From a bacterium (lineage in GTDB: Bacteria; Patescibacteriota; Microgenomatia; Levybacterales; UBA12049), in NCBI GenBank assembly GCA_021780675.1, contig JAJXYH010000045.1, positions 1 through 59,726 on the forward strand: 59,726 nucleotides of DNA. Direction: 5' to 3'. How positions within the stretch are numbered: the stretch's first letter is position 1; every line of letters starts with the position of its first letter. The translations under genes and the position numbers were made by a program. Below are positions 1-10,200 of the stretch, piece by piece. The notes under the pieces were generated by a model, which saw only the letters and a list, made by a program, of their open reading frames with translations, ran no database searches and was not told where the DNA came from.

Positions 1-97
<97 letters not shown>

Positions 98-450
98 TAT
101 GTAATTTACATCGGGGCGCCTAAAGAGAAATCTTTAAGCTTGGTTATTCTAAAAACGCATATAGAGAGTGCGTAGAATAAAAAATTTACTAGTCAAAATC
201 GGTGAACCCCTAATAGGTACTAAAGAAACTTATGGGCAATACCGAGGTTCTAAATTACAGAACGGTTTTAATTAATCCTGTTTTTAGCACCGTATCGACT
301 TCTATGTTTAGTTAATATGGGCATAGGGAGGATTACTCAGTTTGAGTTTATCCTAAAAGACTAGCTCCTCCTAAAATGATGATTGGAGGATGAAGGTATA
401 GTCAGAACCTTCTAGTAATAGAAGGATGCGTTCCAAAAGTTTTGGAATCG
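98..450 (+). ncRNA. Group I intron (probably subgroup IA), ORF-less, inserted at 23S position L2500
   Basis: Splits the conserved GGCACCT|CGATGTC and ends in G450. P1: GGCACCU pairs with GGGCGCC with a U-G pair at the splice site. P10: ACATCG pairs with exon CGATGT. P4: TCGGT/ACCGA. P3: CTAGTC(189-194)/GACTAG(360-365). P7: GACT/AGTC in an S-like GAAGGTATAGTC. Two extra stems between P7 and P3'. P9 GTAA tetraloop. Confidence 0.93.
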
Positions 451-850
<400 letters not shown>

Positions 851-958
851 TAAATTTATTTCTCTTCACCTTTTGAAGAACCAACGGTTCTGAAAATCCC
901 AAGACTTTAGTCGAGGGATTAAGGATCAACACGTTCATTAAAAATTTGTGCTAAGGAT

Positions 959-1075
959 TTTCGGTCTTTTGTGCGAAGTGGCACCACCTCTTCCCATTCC
1001 GAACAGAGAAGTGAAACGCTTCAGCGCCTACGATACTTAAGCATTGGCTTATGGGACAATAGGTCAAGGCCGAGA
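959..1075 (+). rRNA. rrf: 5S rRNA
   Basis: Conserved CCCATTCCGAAC-AGAAGTGAAAC core; terminal helix TTTCGGTCTT/AAGGCCGAGA; follows 23S. Confidence 0.92.
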
Positions 1076-1095
1076 ATCGTTAGCATAAATCAAAT

Positions 1096-1119
1096 AATCC
1101 CCTAAAGGGGATTTTTTGT
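1096..1119 (+). terminator. Intrinsic terminator of rRNA operon
   Basis: AATCCCC-TAAA-GGGGATT followed by a T-run, 20 nt after 5S. Confidence 0.8.
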
Positions 1120-1121
1120 GG

Positions 1122-1526
1122 CTATTTTTTAGGGAATCCAAGTCTGCAAAGCGCGTAATACAAAGGCAGCTGCCAAAGGAGCCCAACTGCCAAGGAAGAT
1201 ATTACGATTGTTTGTTGTAATGGGCCATTAAGTGAATAATGCTGGAAAGTTACAATACTACTAATATTATTATAAATAGCCAATATAATTTGAATTATAA
1301 AAATTATTCTCCAAAAGATCGAAGTTAAAAACTTTTTCTTGAAAACAAATACATATAATCCCGTTAAGGTAATTATGGAAAATATATAAAGCGGTATGGT
1401 AATTAATAAATTTGGTGGCGAATAGGGTGGAGTAATATAGTTTTGGTTAGCAAAGATAAATATTAACGAAAATAAGCCGAAGGCAAGTAATAATACATTA
1501 GTAAAAAAATAAAACCGCCAGTGCAC
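1122..1526 (-). CDS. Hypothetical integral membrane protein (~4 TM)
   Basis: 134-aa ORF dominated by hydrophobic segments; no recognised family. Confidence 0.6.
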   Translation of the reverse strand: MHWRFYFFTNVLLLAFGLFSLIFIFANQNYITPPYSPPNLLITIPLYIFSIITLTGLYVFVFKKKFLTSIFWRIIFIIQIILAIYNNISSIVTFQHYSLNGPLQQTIVISSLAVGLLWQLPLYYALCRLGFPKK

Positions 1527-1633
1527 ATATTTAGTATATCTTTTAATTTTTAAAATTCAAACTCCAGGTGGATTTTTTGTGTATATAATCCTATAGTTGA
1601 ATATTTTAGCCTCATATTGTATAATCCACTTCT

Positions 1634-2056
1634 ATGGAAACGTTAAGAGATGGTCAATTTCCGGTAATTGAAGGGTATTTTGAAGGCGACGATTTGCATA
1701 GGCCATTTACTTATTACAGACAAAGTTTGGACGGGCAGTCTAATCGCTGGGTAAGGCTTGCGGATGACTTTGCAATTGATAAATCAAAAATAATTTTAGG
1801 ACTTATAACAGAGAAAGATATTGTTTGGTCTTTGGATGCTCCAGCACATATGGCTATTGAAAGAGCGTTGGGGATTGATGATTGGGATGCAAAAATAGAA
1901 ACCTGGTCAGGATCAAGGCCTCATATTGCAATTTATACAAACGATTTATCTTTGCAAACGGCATTTAGAGATTACTTATTAAGAAGTGGGGTCACTCATG
2001 GAGAAATTAATGTTGAAGGCTCAACATATAAGGGACAAAGACGAACTTTACTTTAA
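1634..2056 (+). CDS. Hypothetical protein
   Basis: 140-aa ORF with globular composition; TATAAT at 1620-1625 lies 8 nt before the ATG. Confidence 0.6.
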   Translation: METLRDGQFPVIEGYFEGDDLHRPFTYYRQSLDGQSNRWVRLADDFAIDKSKIILGLITEKDIVWSLDAPAHMAIERALGIDDWDAKIETWSGSRPHIAIYTNDLSLQTAFRDYLLRSGVTHGEINVEGSTYKGQRRTLL

Positions 2057-2265
2057 ACCCTCTAAGATCACGTCTTAATATAAAATTTTATCCATATTTT
2101 ACATGTATTAAGTGCATATTTTGGATAAATAATGTATACGAAATATTTTATTAAGATTGGCCGTGAAAAATTGCCCAATTTCTTGTGAATTTTTGTCGGT
2201 TGTTAAACTTTTTGCAACATGTTATACTAGATAAATCTTAAAAAACGAAAGGTAATTTATGCAAA

Positions 2266-3345
2266 ATGGCTTCAAAAACAGCAGGTAAAGCAACCACAAT
2301 GGCCGATTTAATGAAATCGGTTAACACTAATTTTATTTCTCCGCAAAAAGGTCAGATTTTAGACGGTGTTATCACTAAATTAACTTCTTCGGAAATACTT
2401 GTTGATATCGGCGCAAAAACCGAAAGTTTAGTTTTAGAAAAAGATAAAAATATTTTAAGAAGTTTACTAACCGGCCTTAAAGTAGGGGATAAAGTAACAG
2501 TTTCCGTTCTTAATCCGGAATCCGATTACGGTAATCCGGTTGTTTCTCTTAGAAGGTTTAACGATGTAAAAGTATGGGAGAAATTAGATAAACTGCAAAA
2601 GGAAAAAATTCAGGTTGACGCAATGGTTGATGAAACAACCAAAGGAGGATTTTTGTTATCAACAAGTGACGGGATCTCCGGATTTTTGCCCAATTCTCAA
2701 GCTATTTTTACCAGCAATCCGCAGGGTTTGGTCGGATCAACAATTAAAGTGTCTGTAATAGAAATAAATAAAGCCCTAAAAAAAATCATTTTTTCGCAAA
2801 AAGCGATGCAAAGCGGGGAAGCTTTTGAAAAAGCGGTTAAATCCCTTAAATTAGGTCAAAAAACCACAACCACTATTTCCAACGTCGCACCTTTTGGTAT
2901 ATTTACTTTGATCAGTGTTTCGGATGATGTTAAGGTGGAAGGATTTATTCATATTTCCGAAGTTTCGTGGGAAAAACTTGCCACAATCCCCGATACTTTT
3001 AAGCATGGTGAAGAAATTGAAGTAATGGTCATCGGTTTTGATAAAGATGCAAAAAGAGTTAATTTGTCGATTAAAAAACTAACCCAAAATCCGTTCGAAG
3101 AAAAATTAAAATCATATGCAGTAGATCAAAAAATAACCGGAACTGTTGTCAAAGTTTTATCAACTGGAGTAATTGTTAGTTTGGGAGAGGGAATAGAAGG
3201 ATTTATTAAAAGAGACAAAATTCCACCGACTGTAAGTTATAAAGAAGGGTCTTCGGTAGAAGCCACAGTTGTCGAAGTTGACCAGAAAAAGCAAAGGCTG
3301 AGTTTAGTTCCGGTTTTAACCGAAAAGCCTTTGATGTATAGGTAA
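2266..3345 (+). CDS. rpsA: 30S ribosomal protein S1 (short, ~4 S1 domains)
   Basis: Repeated S1 motifs (VDIGAKTE, GFLPNSQ, GFIHISEVSW, RVNLSIKKL). Confidence 0.85.
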   Translation: MASKTAGKATTMADLMKSVNTNFISPQKGQILDGVITKLTSSEILVDIGAKTESLVLEKDKNILRSLLTGLKVGDKVTVSVLNPESDYGNPVVSLRRFNDVKVWEKLDKLQKEKIQVDAMVDETTKGGFLLSTSDGISGFLPNSQAIFTSNPQGLVGSTIKVSVIEINKALKKIIFSQKAMQSGEAFEKAVKSLKLGQKTTTTISNVAPFGIFTLISVSDDVKVEGFIHISEVSWEKLATIPDTFKHGEEIEVMVIGFDKDAKRVNLSIKKLTQNPFEEKLKSYAVDQKITGTVVKVLSTGVIVSLGEGIEGFIKRDKIPPTVSYKEGSSVEATVVEVDQKKQRLSLVPVLTEKPLMYR

Positions 3346-3351
3346 GGGAGC

Positions 3352-3463
3352 GAGTTTGCTGTAGCTCGTTTACGAAATTTTTCTGGTACATGCGCGCAAG
3401 TTGTCATATTATCAAAAGTGCGCTAATCCGTTCCTCAAAAATTTGTAAACTCGCCACAAACTC
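3352..3463. repeat. Dispersed ~110-nt structured element, copy 1
   Basis: Shares TTTTTCTGGTACATGCG and CTAATCCGTTCCTCAAAAATTT with 17706-17815; nested inverted repeats. Confidence 0.8.
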
Positions 3464-3475
3464 TAAATAAAAAAT

Positions 3476-4801
3476 ATGGCAAAAGTTAATACTTCTTTCG
3501 TCTGCCAGGAATGCGGCTATGAAAGCCCCAAATTTTTAGGTAAATGCCCCGAATGTGGAGAGTGGAATTCTTTACGCGAATTCAAAGTTCAAACTTCAAA
3601 ATTAAAAAACGAAGCCCCAAGTTATAAATCACAAACTAATATTACTCCCAAAACTCTTTCGCAAATTACTTTGGAAAAAAGCGACAGAATTTTAAGCGGA
3701 TTTTCAGAAATGGATAGTGTAATGGGAGGAGGGATAGTTTTGGGAAGCGTTACGCTTTTGGCAGGAGATCCCGGGATTGGGAAATCCACCCTCTTACTAC
3801 AAACAGCCCTTAATATAAGCACTAAAGGAAAAAGGGTGTTATATATTTCTGGCGAAGAGTCGCAACAGCAAATAAAATTAAGAGCTGAAAGACTTGCAAA
3901 AACAACAAAAAACGATAATTTATTTCTGGTTTCCCTAGTTGATACCGATGCGATTTGCACACTCATTGCAAATGAGCAGCCGGATTTTGCAATTATCGAT
4001 TCTGTTCAAACAATGGAGTCGGAAAATTTAACCGGACTCTCAGGAAGTGTAGGGCAAGTGCGTTATGCAGCCGCGGAGTTTATAAAACTTGCCAAAAATT
4101 TAAATATTCCCGTTATATTGGTAGGGCATGTTACCAAAGAGGGAATGGTAGCAGGTCCGATGATTTTGTCGCATATGGTAGATACGGTTTTGTTTTTAGA
4201 AGGAGAAAAAAACACAGGGACAAGACTTTTAAGGTCTTTAAAAAACCGCTTTGGGCCGGTTGATGAAGTTGGTGTTTTCGAAATGGCGGAGGGAGGAATG
4301 AAAGAATTAAAAAATCCGCAGGAATTATTTTTAACTAAGGGCAATAATTCTCCTGGCTCTGTTATGGTTGCCAACATGGAAGGTACACGTTCGTTCTTGG
4401 TTGAAGTTCAGGCTTTGGCAGTTTATTCAAAATTACCAATGCCGCGAAGGGTTTCCTCCGGCATCGACTACAAAAGAGTAGAGTTACTTTTAGCGGTTTT
4501 ACAAAAACACGCAAAATTGCCGGTTGATTCTATGGATATTTTTGTAAACGTTGCAGGAGGAATAAAAATAACCGACCCGGCCTGTGATTTGGGAATTTGC
4601 ATGGCGGTTTTATCAAGCATTAAAAACATAAATTTATCTAAATACGTCGGCATTGCAGAAGTAGGACTTTTAGGGGAATTAAGACAACCGTCATTTCTTG
4701 ATAAACGCGTTGCGCAAGCTAAAAAACTAGGAATTACAAAAATAATTACATCAAAAAATTACAAATCAATTGAAGAAGTAGTAAAATTATTTGGGAAGTA
4801 A
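3476..4801 (+). CDS. radA: DNA repair protein RadA/Sms
   Basis: N-terminal C4 zinc finger (CQECG...CPECG), Walker A GDPGIGKST, KNRFG motif, Lon-like C-terminus. Confidence 0.97.
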   Translation: MAKVNTSFVCQECGYESPKFLGKCPECGEWNSLREFKVQTSKLKNEAPSYKSQTNITPKTLSQITLEKSDRILSGFSEMDSVMGGGIVLGSVTLLAGDPGIGKSTLLLQTALNISTKGKRVLYISGEESQQQIKLRAERLAKTTKNDNLFLVSLVDTDAICTLIANEQPDFAIIDSVQTMESENLTGLSGSVGQVRYAAAEFIKLAKNLNIPVILVGHVTKEGMVAGPMILSHMVDTVLFLEGEKNTGTRLLRSLKNRFGPVDEVGVFEMAEGGMKELKNPQELFLTKGNNSPGSVMVANMEGTRSFLVEVQALAVYSKLPMPRRVSSGIDYKRVELLLAVLQKHAKLPVDSMDIFVNVAGGIKITDPACDLGICMAVLSSIKNINLSKYVGIAEVGLLGELRQPSFLDKRVAQAKKLGITKIITSKNYKSIEEVVKLFGK

Positions 4802-4804
4802 TAT

Positions 4805-5620
4805 ATGGCAAAAAAAGAAAAACAAGTTAAAGTGATAGATCCTAAAAAAGAAAAACAGGATGTTCCGTCAATTACCCAAACGGATAAGGGGATTCATTTC
4901 TCGCCTAGGTTTATCGGGCTTTTGGCAGAAGAAGTTGCAAAAACTGTTGTTAGGACTTTACCCAAAAGACCAAAGGGAAATAAGAAGAAAAAAAACGGTA
5001 AACATTTGGAAAACGCGATCTTTTTAGACACATCCGCAATTATTGACGGAAGAATATTTGATGTAATAACCTTAGGCCTGTTTAGGGGCAGTGTGGTTAT
5101 CTTAGACAGTATTTTATTGGAGTTAAAGCACATTGCCGACTCCAAAGATTTAGTAAAGCGTGAAAGGGGTAGAAAAGGTTTGGAGCTTTTAGAAAAAGTT
5201 AAAAAAGTAAAGGGAATAAAATTGGAAGTTCTATCCGAAGAAAAAGAAAAAAATATGGGAATAAGAAAATTGCCCGAAGTAGATGAACGCTTAATTGCTG
5301 CTGCAAAAATAAATAAAGCAAGACTTATTACCTGCGATTTTAATTTGGAGAAAAAAGCCAATATTGCAAATATTACCGCGATAAACGTAAACACTTTGGC
5401 AAATGTTCTAAAAGTTATTGCGGTTCCGGGAGAATCTCTTCATATTCAAATTCAGCATAAAGGAAAAGATGTTACACAGGGTGTGGGGTATTTAGACGAC
5501 GGAACAATGATTGTTGTAGAAAATGCAAATTTTGACGTAGGTAAAGAATTGGATGTTGTGGTTTCGCGTGTTATACAAACTTCTGCCGGACGCATTTTAT
5601 TTGCTAAAAAATTCTTCTAA
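4805..5620 (+). CDS. PIN/TRAM-domain protein (YacL-like, lacking N-terminal TM region)
   Basis: LDTSAIIDGRI, RGRKGL, EVDERL, TCDFNL PIN motifs; GVGYLDDGTMIVVE TRAM domain; follows radA. Confidence 0.88.
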   Translation: MAKKEKQVKVIDPKKEKQDVPSITQTDKGIHFSPRFIGLLAEEVAKTVVRTLPKRPKGNKKKKNGKHLENAIFLDTSAIIDGRIFDVITLGLFRGSVVILDSILLELKHIADSKDLVKRERGRKGLELLEKVKKVKGIKLEVLSEEKEKNMGIRKLPEVDERLIAAAKINKARLITCDFNLEKKANIANITAINVNTLANVLKVIAVPGESLHIQIQHKGKDVTQGVGYLDDGTMIVVENANFDVGKELDVVVSRVIQTSAGRILFAKKFF

Positions 5621-5671
5621 ATTTATACTTTTAAAAAGTTTTTAATGTGATTTTATTGATGTTTCTAAAAA

Positions 5672-5706
5672 GGTGATACAACAACCTGCCCAATCGTTGT
5701 ATCACC
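5672..5706 (-). terminator. Perfect 11-bp hairpin; probable minus-strand terminator
   Basis: GGTGATACAAC/GTTGTATCACC; the A-run at 5667-5671 gives a U-tract on the minus strand. Confidence 0.5.
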
Positions 5707-5975
5707 ATTCTAGCTTCCAAATATTGATATAAAAATATCAATCTATATCAATAAAATCGACTAATTTTAGCTTCATCAGTTTTCCTTGACAATCAATTTT
5801 ATTTTTGATATCAATCACTGATAGGTAATTAGTTTTATTTCCTGCCTAAAGGACTAATTACCCTTTTTCCAAGAGCATTGCTTATCGTACAAGAGCTTAT
5901 TAATTCAAGTAACGAAAGCGATGCTCTTTTATTTTGTCCGCCAAGCTCGCCCAAGCCTCACGGTTTTTCAGTATT

Positions 5976-6122
5976 CTATAACAATACAACAGGAATATTT
6001 AACCCTTTTTCCAGCAGTTTTTTAAACTGCTCACGTCCTTGTTTTACCAGTAAATCTTGTTTGTAATCTGCAATTGTTTTTACCGCAACCCTTTTGTTTT
6101 TTGTTAAAGAAATAAATTTCAT
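5976..6122 (-). CDS. Small protein, 48 aa, not in the ORF track (MKFISLTKNKRVAVKTIADYKQDLLVKQGREQFKKLLEKGLNIPVVLL)
   Basis: Open ATG..TAG frame with a TTGACT-17-TACAAT promoter (6134-6162) just upstream. Confidence 0.55.
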   Translation of the reverse strand: MKFISLTKNKRVAVKTIADYKQDLLVKQGREQFKKLLEKGLNIPVVLL

Positions 6123-6258
6123 GGATTAATTGGATTGTATCATAGCCTGTCAAGTTAGTCAAACCTATAGCAAAAAAATGTCAAAAATTTGCTAGACTTG
6201 TAGTAAATTATATGTAATTTAGATTGTTATATCAAGCTAATTATTTTATTAAAAAAAA

Positions 6259-6313
6259 TGTGGATAACTTGTGTAAACTCTACAAAACTTGTTCAATCGG
6301 GCAGTTTTCCACA
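6259..6313. promoter_or_regulatory. DnaA-box cluster
   Basis: TGTGGATAA (6259-6267, perfect), TGTGTAAAC (6270-6278, one mismatch to the relaxed consensus), TTTTCCACA (6305-6313). Confidence 0.6.
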
Positions 6314-6381
6314 TAAATTTATCGAAATAATAAAACTGATTATTCTTGCTTTTTGCGAATTATTTAATTAGATTCAGGGGG

Positions 6382-7140
6382 TTATATAGACCTTATAAGT
6401 GGAGAAAAAAAGGCTCTAAGTGAGGTCTGGTAGTCGTAAAGCTCTCTTGATTTAATCCAAAGTTTAAAAAGGGAAATAATGTTACGTTTAACGTCTGAGA
6501 GGTAAATTTTGGGATTATTGCGGTGGTAGTGGAGGAATTGATTGAGGTTAGAAAGCTTGCCGTAGCTTGAAATCTTAATTAAAATATCGCTATAAATAAA
6601 TGGGTTAGAGCTGATATGGAACCTCAAAACATCTTTTGGAAGGCTCTTTTTATTAATTAGAACAGATTCAAATTGCATGGAAATTCCATGGAGGGGATTT
6701 CGATAAATAAGATCGTTTTCGGAAGGAAAGTCGCTTCGGCCGATTTTTTTGCCCTGCTCATCAATAAATGTGCATTGTGCTCCAACAGCGATAACTTCCG
6801 GGTTATTAAGCAGAAAATTAAGTTGTTTCTTAAGCCTGTTGGGGCTTAGGAAATCATCAGTATCCATAAAGGTAATAAAATCACCTTTGGCCTTTTTGAT
6901 CATGCGGTTTAGAGTCACTACAAGGCCATAATTCTTAACATTTCTATATATCCTTAATCTTTTATCCTTTTTCTTTAAATTGCGTAGAATTGAGTACGAT
7001 TTATCAAAAGAGAAGTCGTCGGTTGCAATAATTTCAATGTTTTTATACGACTGGTTTAAGATACTTGAAACACATCCCCCTAAATTAGAGGCAGAATTAC
7101 GAACCGGTAGAATAACCGTAATTAATGGTTGTTCTTTCAT
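6382..7140 (-). CDS. Glycosyltransferase family 2
   Basis: ITVILPVRN, IEIIATDDFSFD, FMDTDD GT-A motifs. Confidence 0.9.
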   Translation of the reverse strand: MKEQPLITVILPVRNSASNLGGCVSSILNQSYKNIEIIATDDFSFDKSYSILRNLKKKDKRLRIYRNVKNYGLVVTLNRMIKKAKGDFITFMDTDDFLSPNRLKKQLNFLLNNPEVIAVGAQCTFIDEQGKKIGRSDFPSENDLIYRNPLHGISMQFESVLINKKSLPKDVLRFHISSNPFIYSDILIKISSYGKLSNLNQFLHYHRNNPKIYLSDVKRNIISLFKLWIKSRELYDYQTSLRAFFSPLIRSI

Positions 7141-7238
7141 TTTTAAATACGAAGTATTTAAGTTTCGAGGTTAAATATAGACAGAGTAAATATTAACCTA
7201 ATAAATTCGATCCTAGTATTTTATCAATTTTAAACCAA

Positions 7239-10200
7239 TTAGTCAATCTTAGGGGAGCTTCCCCGCCTTTTAATTAAGGTTAAAAACAGCCATAAAAACA
7301 GCTCGCCTAAGAAAATAAACCCGAAATATTCTAAAAATTGCGGAGTATACATTATAATAATATCCTGTTTCTGCGGGTTAAAGTTTACATTACCGATATA
7401 CCATCCATTTTCCCAATTGTTGGTTAAGACATGGTTTCCGATTTCGGAACCGAAAATAAAAGGAAAGTTTAGGTAAATTGCTCCTAAAATCCCGTTTGCT
7501 TTATTAACTTTGTAAATTTTCCAGCCGTTATTAAACGATTGCGAAAGAATAAGCATTTGCGGTGAAGTTTTCGAATCTACAGAAACTTTATACAAGCTTT
7601 CGTTTGGATGGTAAACGCTAAGGTTAGAGCTTTGCGATTTTGAATCTTTCTTGGAGTTTGTCGAGATATACATAGAAGTTAAGAAGTTATAGGGAAGCGA
7701 ATATATTTTTATTTGGCCCAAGCGGTTTACGGTTTGATCGTTGGCAATAGAAATGTTATCAAAATGGAATGAATAGGCGTTTCCATACTGTTCCTGTGGG
7801 GAAAAGATAAAAGTTGAGGTACTAAACTGATTCCAGTTACTTAAAAACGTGTCAATTGGAGCAAATTTTTCATCCTCATTTAGAAGCCAAAAATGTAAAG
7901 GCCTTCCCTTAATGTTTTGAGTATCAATAAAGGCTATATAAGAAAGGTCGTGGGTAAAAGTAGTGGTGTAAGTTGCTATGCAGGCAGTTGAATCGTTAGA
8001 TGATAATTCAATCATTTTTTCGTTATTGGCGTTAACAAGGCTTGCTTTATACGGTCCATTATTAAAATTGTCGCAGTTCTTAACCGACGCTACAGTTTTT
8101 TCATCCGGAACAAAGCTAAAATCCTGGTAGTCGTCTTTAATTTTTGGCACGTCTACAATTATGGTTGAGTTGTTGGGAATATTCGGTAAAGTTATTTCTT
8201 GGTCTTTTGGCAACAGATTTACCAAGTCATCTTTAGTTAAAACAAAGCTTTGCGCAACTTTTGCGTCCTTGTTGCTAAAAACAAGCACGTTATCCTGGGT
8301 GGTAGAGATAAAAGTTGAGCCTAATTGCCCTTCGTATACGGAAGGTTCTGCTTTAAAAGTTTTAATACCGTTTACGTTTATATAAAATCCGTAATTATTT
8401 TGTTTAACAAGGAAAATCGGTTTAACCAGGTCTTGACCGAAGATTTTTATCTTTTGCATCTTTCCCGATTTATTCTTGTAAGAAACATAGACTTGAGGGG
8501 TTTTAAAAAGTAGGCTAACTACCATACCATCCTTAGTTCTATTTTGTACAACTTGGGCATAAATTATCTTATCCGAAGTAGAAATTGACGGGACAAACAG
8601 CTTTGCTCCCTTTGCTACGTTTGCTAATTTTTGGCTGAATTCGTAATAATCTTGCATATTTTTAACATTATATTCCTGGTATTCCTGGTTTTTGGAGGAA
8701 AAAAGACTTCTAAAAATATAGAAATGGTCAACATTGGTGGTAGAGATATAGTTTCCCAAGTCGCTGAATGCTTTATCATATTCTCCCCAGTGATATGTGT
8801 TTACGGAATCCAGTTTTTTACTGGTCATTACATAAGATTTAGGTTTGTTATCTAAATTAATCTTATAAATGTCTATTTTCCCAAAGCTTGTGTCCTTTTT
8901 GATTTCGGGAATCTTTGCGATTAATTGCCTTGTTTGAGGCAAGAAAAGCGCAATTTGGGAAGAATCTTTAGTGATGCTATTATCAACCAGTAAAAAGTTT
9001 ATCTGATACTTATTTAAAACATTTTTTAAAAGGGCGGGATTTTCCGAATAAATTGCATGGGTTAATTCCCAATAGTAATTTTCCGATGCTCCCGACCAAA
9101 CGTCAAAGGCGCGGTCTAAAATCGGCTGTTGTATGCCATACCATAAAAAGCCGGATCCACCGTAACCCCAATTATAAAAACTCCACCCCCAAAAAGTGTA
9201 CTGGGGAAGGTTGGCAATACGTGTATTTGGATCCTGATTTTTAAAGTAATTAAAAACTTTAAAGTAGTCATTTGGAATCGAAAGTTTTATTTTGTAATAG
9301 AATAATTGATTGTTAAAAACAGGGAATGTAAATGCAATAAGCATAGCAAAAAAAACAGCACCGGTAATAATTTCAGCAGCCCGCTTTAAGTTAAGGCGTT
9401 TTTGTAAAAATTCTAAGATCCAGAGCACCCCTCCTGCAAAAAACACTGTATAAGTTAATAGTAAAATATTTGCAAATTTGGTAAACGGAAAACGGAAAAC
9501 CTCATTAAAAATAGGCACAACCCTAAGCCCCGCGTCTATCCAGGAAAAGGGCGGGGTATCGGTGCAAAGCATGGTAAACGATACTAAAAAAAGTACGGCA
9601 AGAGAGATAAATCCGGGATCACGCGTTTTTGTGAGCCTTAAAATGCCTAAAAATACAATTCCAAAAAGCGCAAAGCCTATTACCGGAACAAAATTGATGT
9701 CAAAGTAATTTCGCCAGGGTATCATCATGTAGGCAAATTTAGAATTAATATCCGGGTCTACATTATTAAACCAGAACCCTTTTAAAAGCATAACGTCGGG
9801 GATGTCTCCAAAAGCCTTATTTTGCAAAAGTACGTTTTCGGTGGTCATCTGGTTAATTTTGGCGTTTAATGCAACTCCAATATTTGAATACACAAAAAAG
9901 AAAAACGGCAGAAACCAAAAAGCGTTAATTACAAAAATAAGACCTAAAGCATTTGTGCTTCTTTTAAATATCGCTTTGGTTTTTTCTTTTAGTATAAAAG
10001 TTAATGCGATAATGCCGACAACTATTAAGTACACTAAAAACATGGTTGGAACCTGCGATTGAGGAATTGCTATAAAATTAAGGCCTACAAATATTGCAAG
10101 CGCTTTTTTAGTATGATTTTTTAAGTAATAGATAAAGGCAAAGACAAGCCACGGTAAAAAGGCGTAGTGGGCAATCATAGGCTCAAACGGAACAAAGAAG

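Noticed and set aside
98-450. Homing endonuclease inside the intron
   Set aside because: No long ORF and no LAGLIDADG, GIY-YIG or HNH motif; the length is accounted for by core helices.
3352-3463. Structured element as an integron attC site or group II intron domain V
   Set aside because: No RYYYAAC/GTTRRRY boundaries, cassette array or integrase. The minus strand loosely resembles D5 (CGCATGTAC), but the catalytic lower stem does not pair.
5730-5825. Clusters of GATAT/ATATC words here and at ~25740-25810 and ~43590-43640
   Set aside because: Irregular spacing in very AT-rich DNA; cannot be distinguished from chance without a background model.
6259-6313. Calling this site oriC
   Set aside because: Only three boxes, no dnaA/dnaN/parAB nearby, and the rRNA operon would be head-on; kept only as a DnaA-box cluster.
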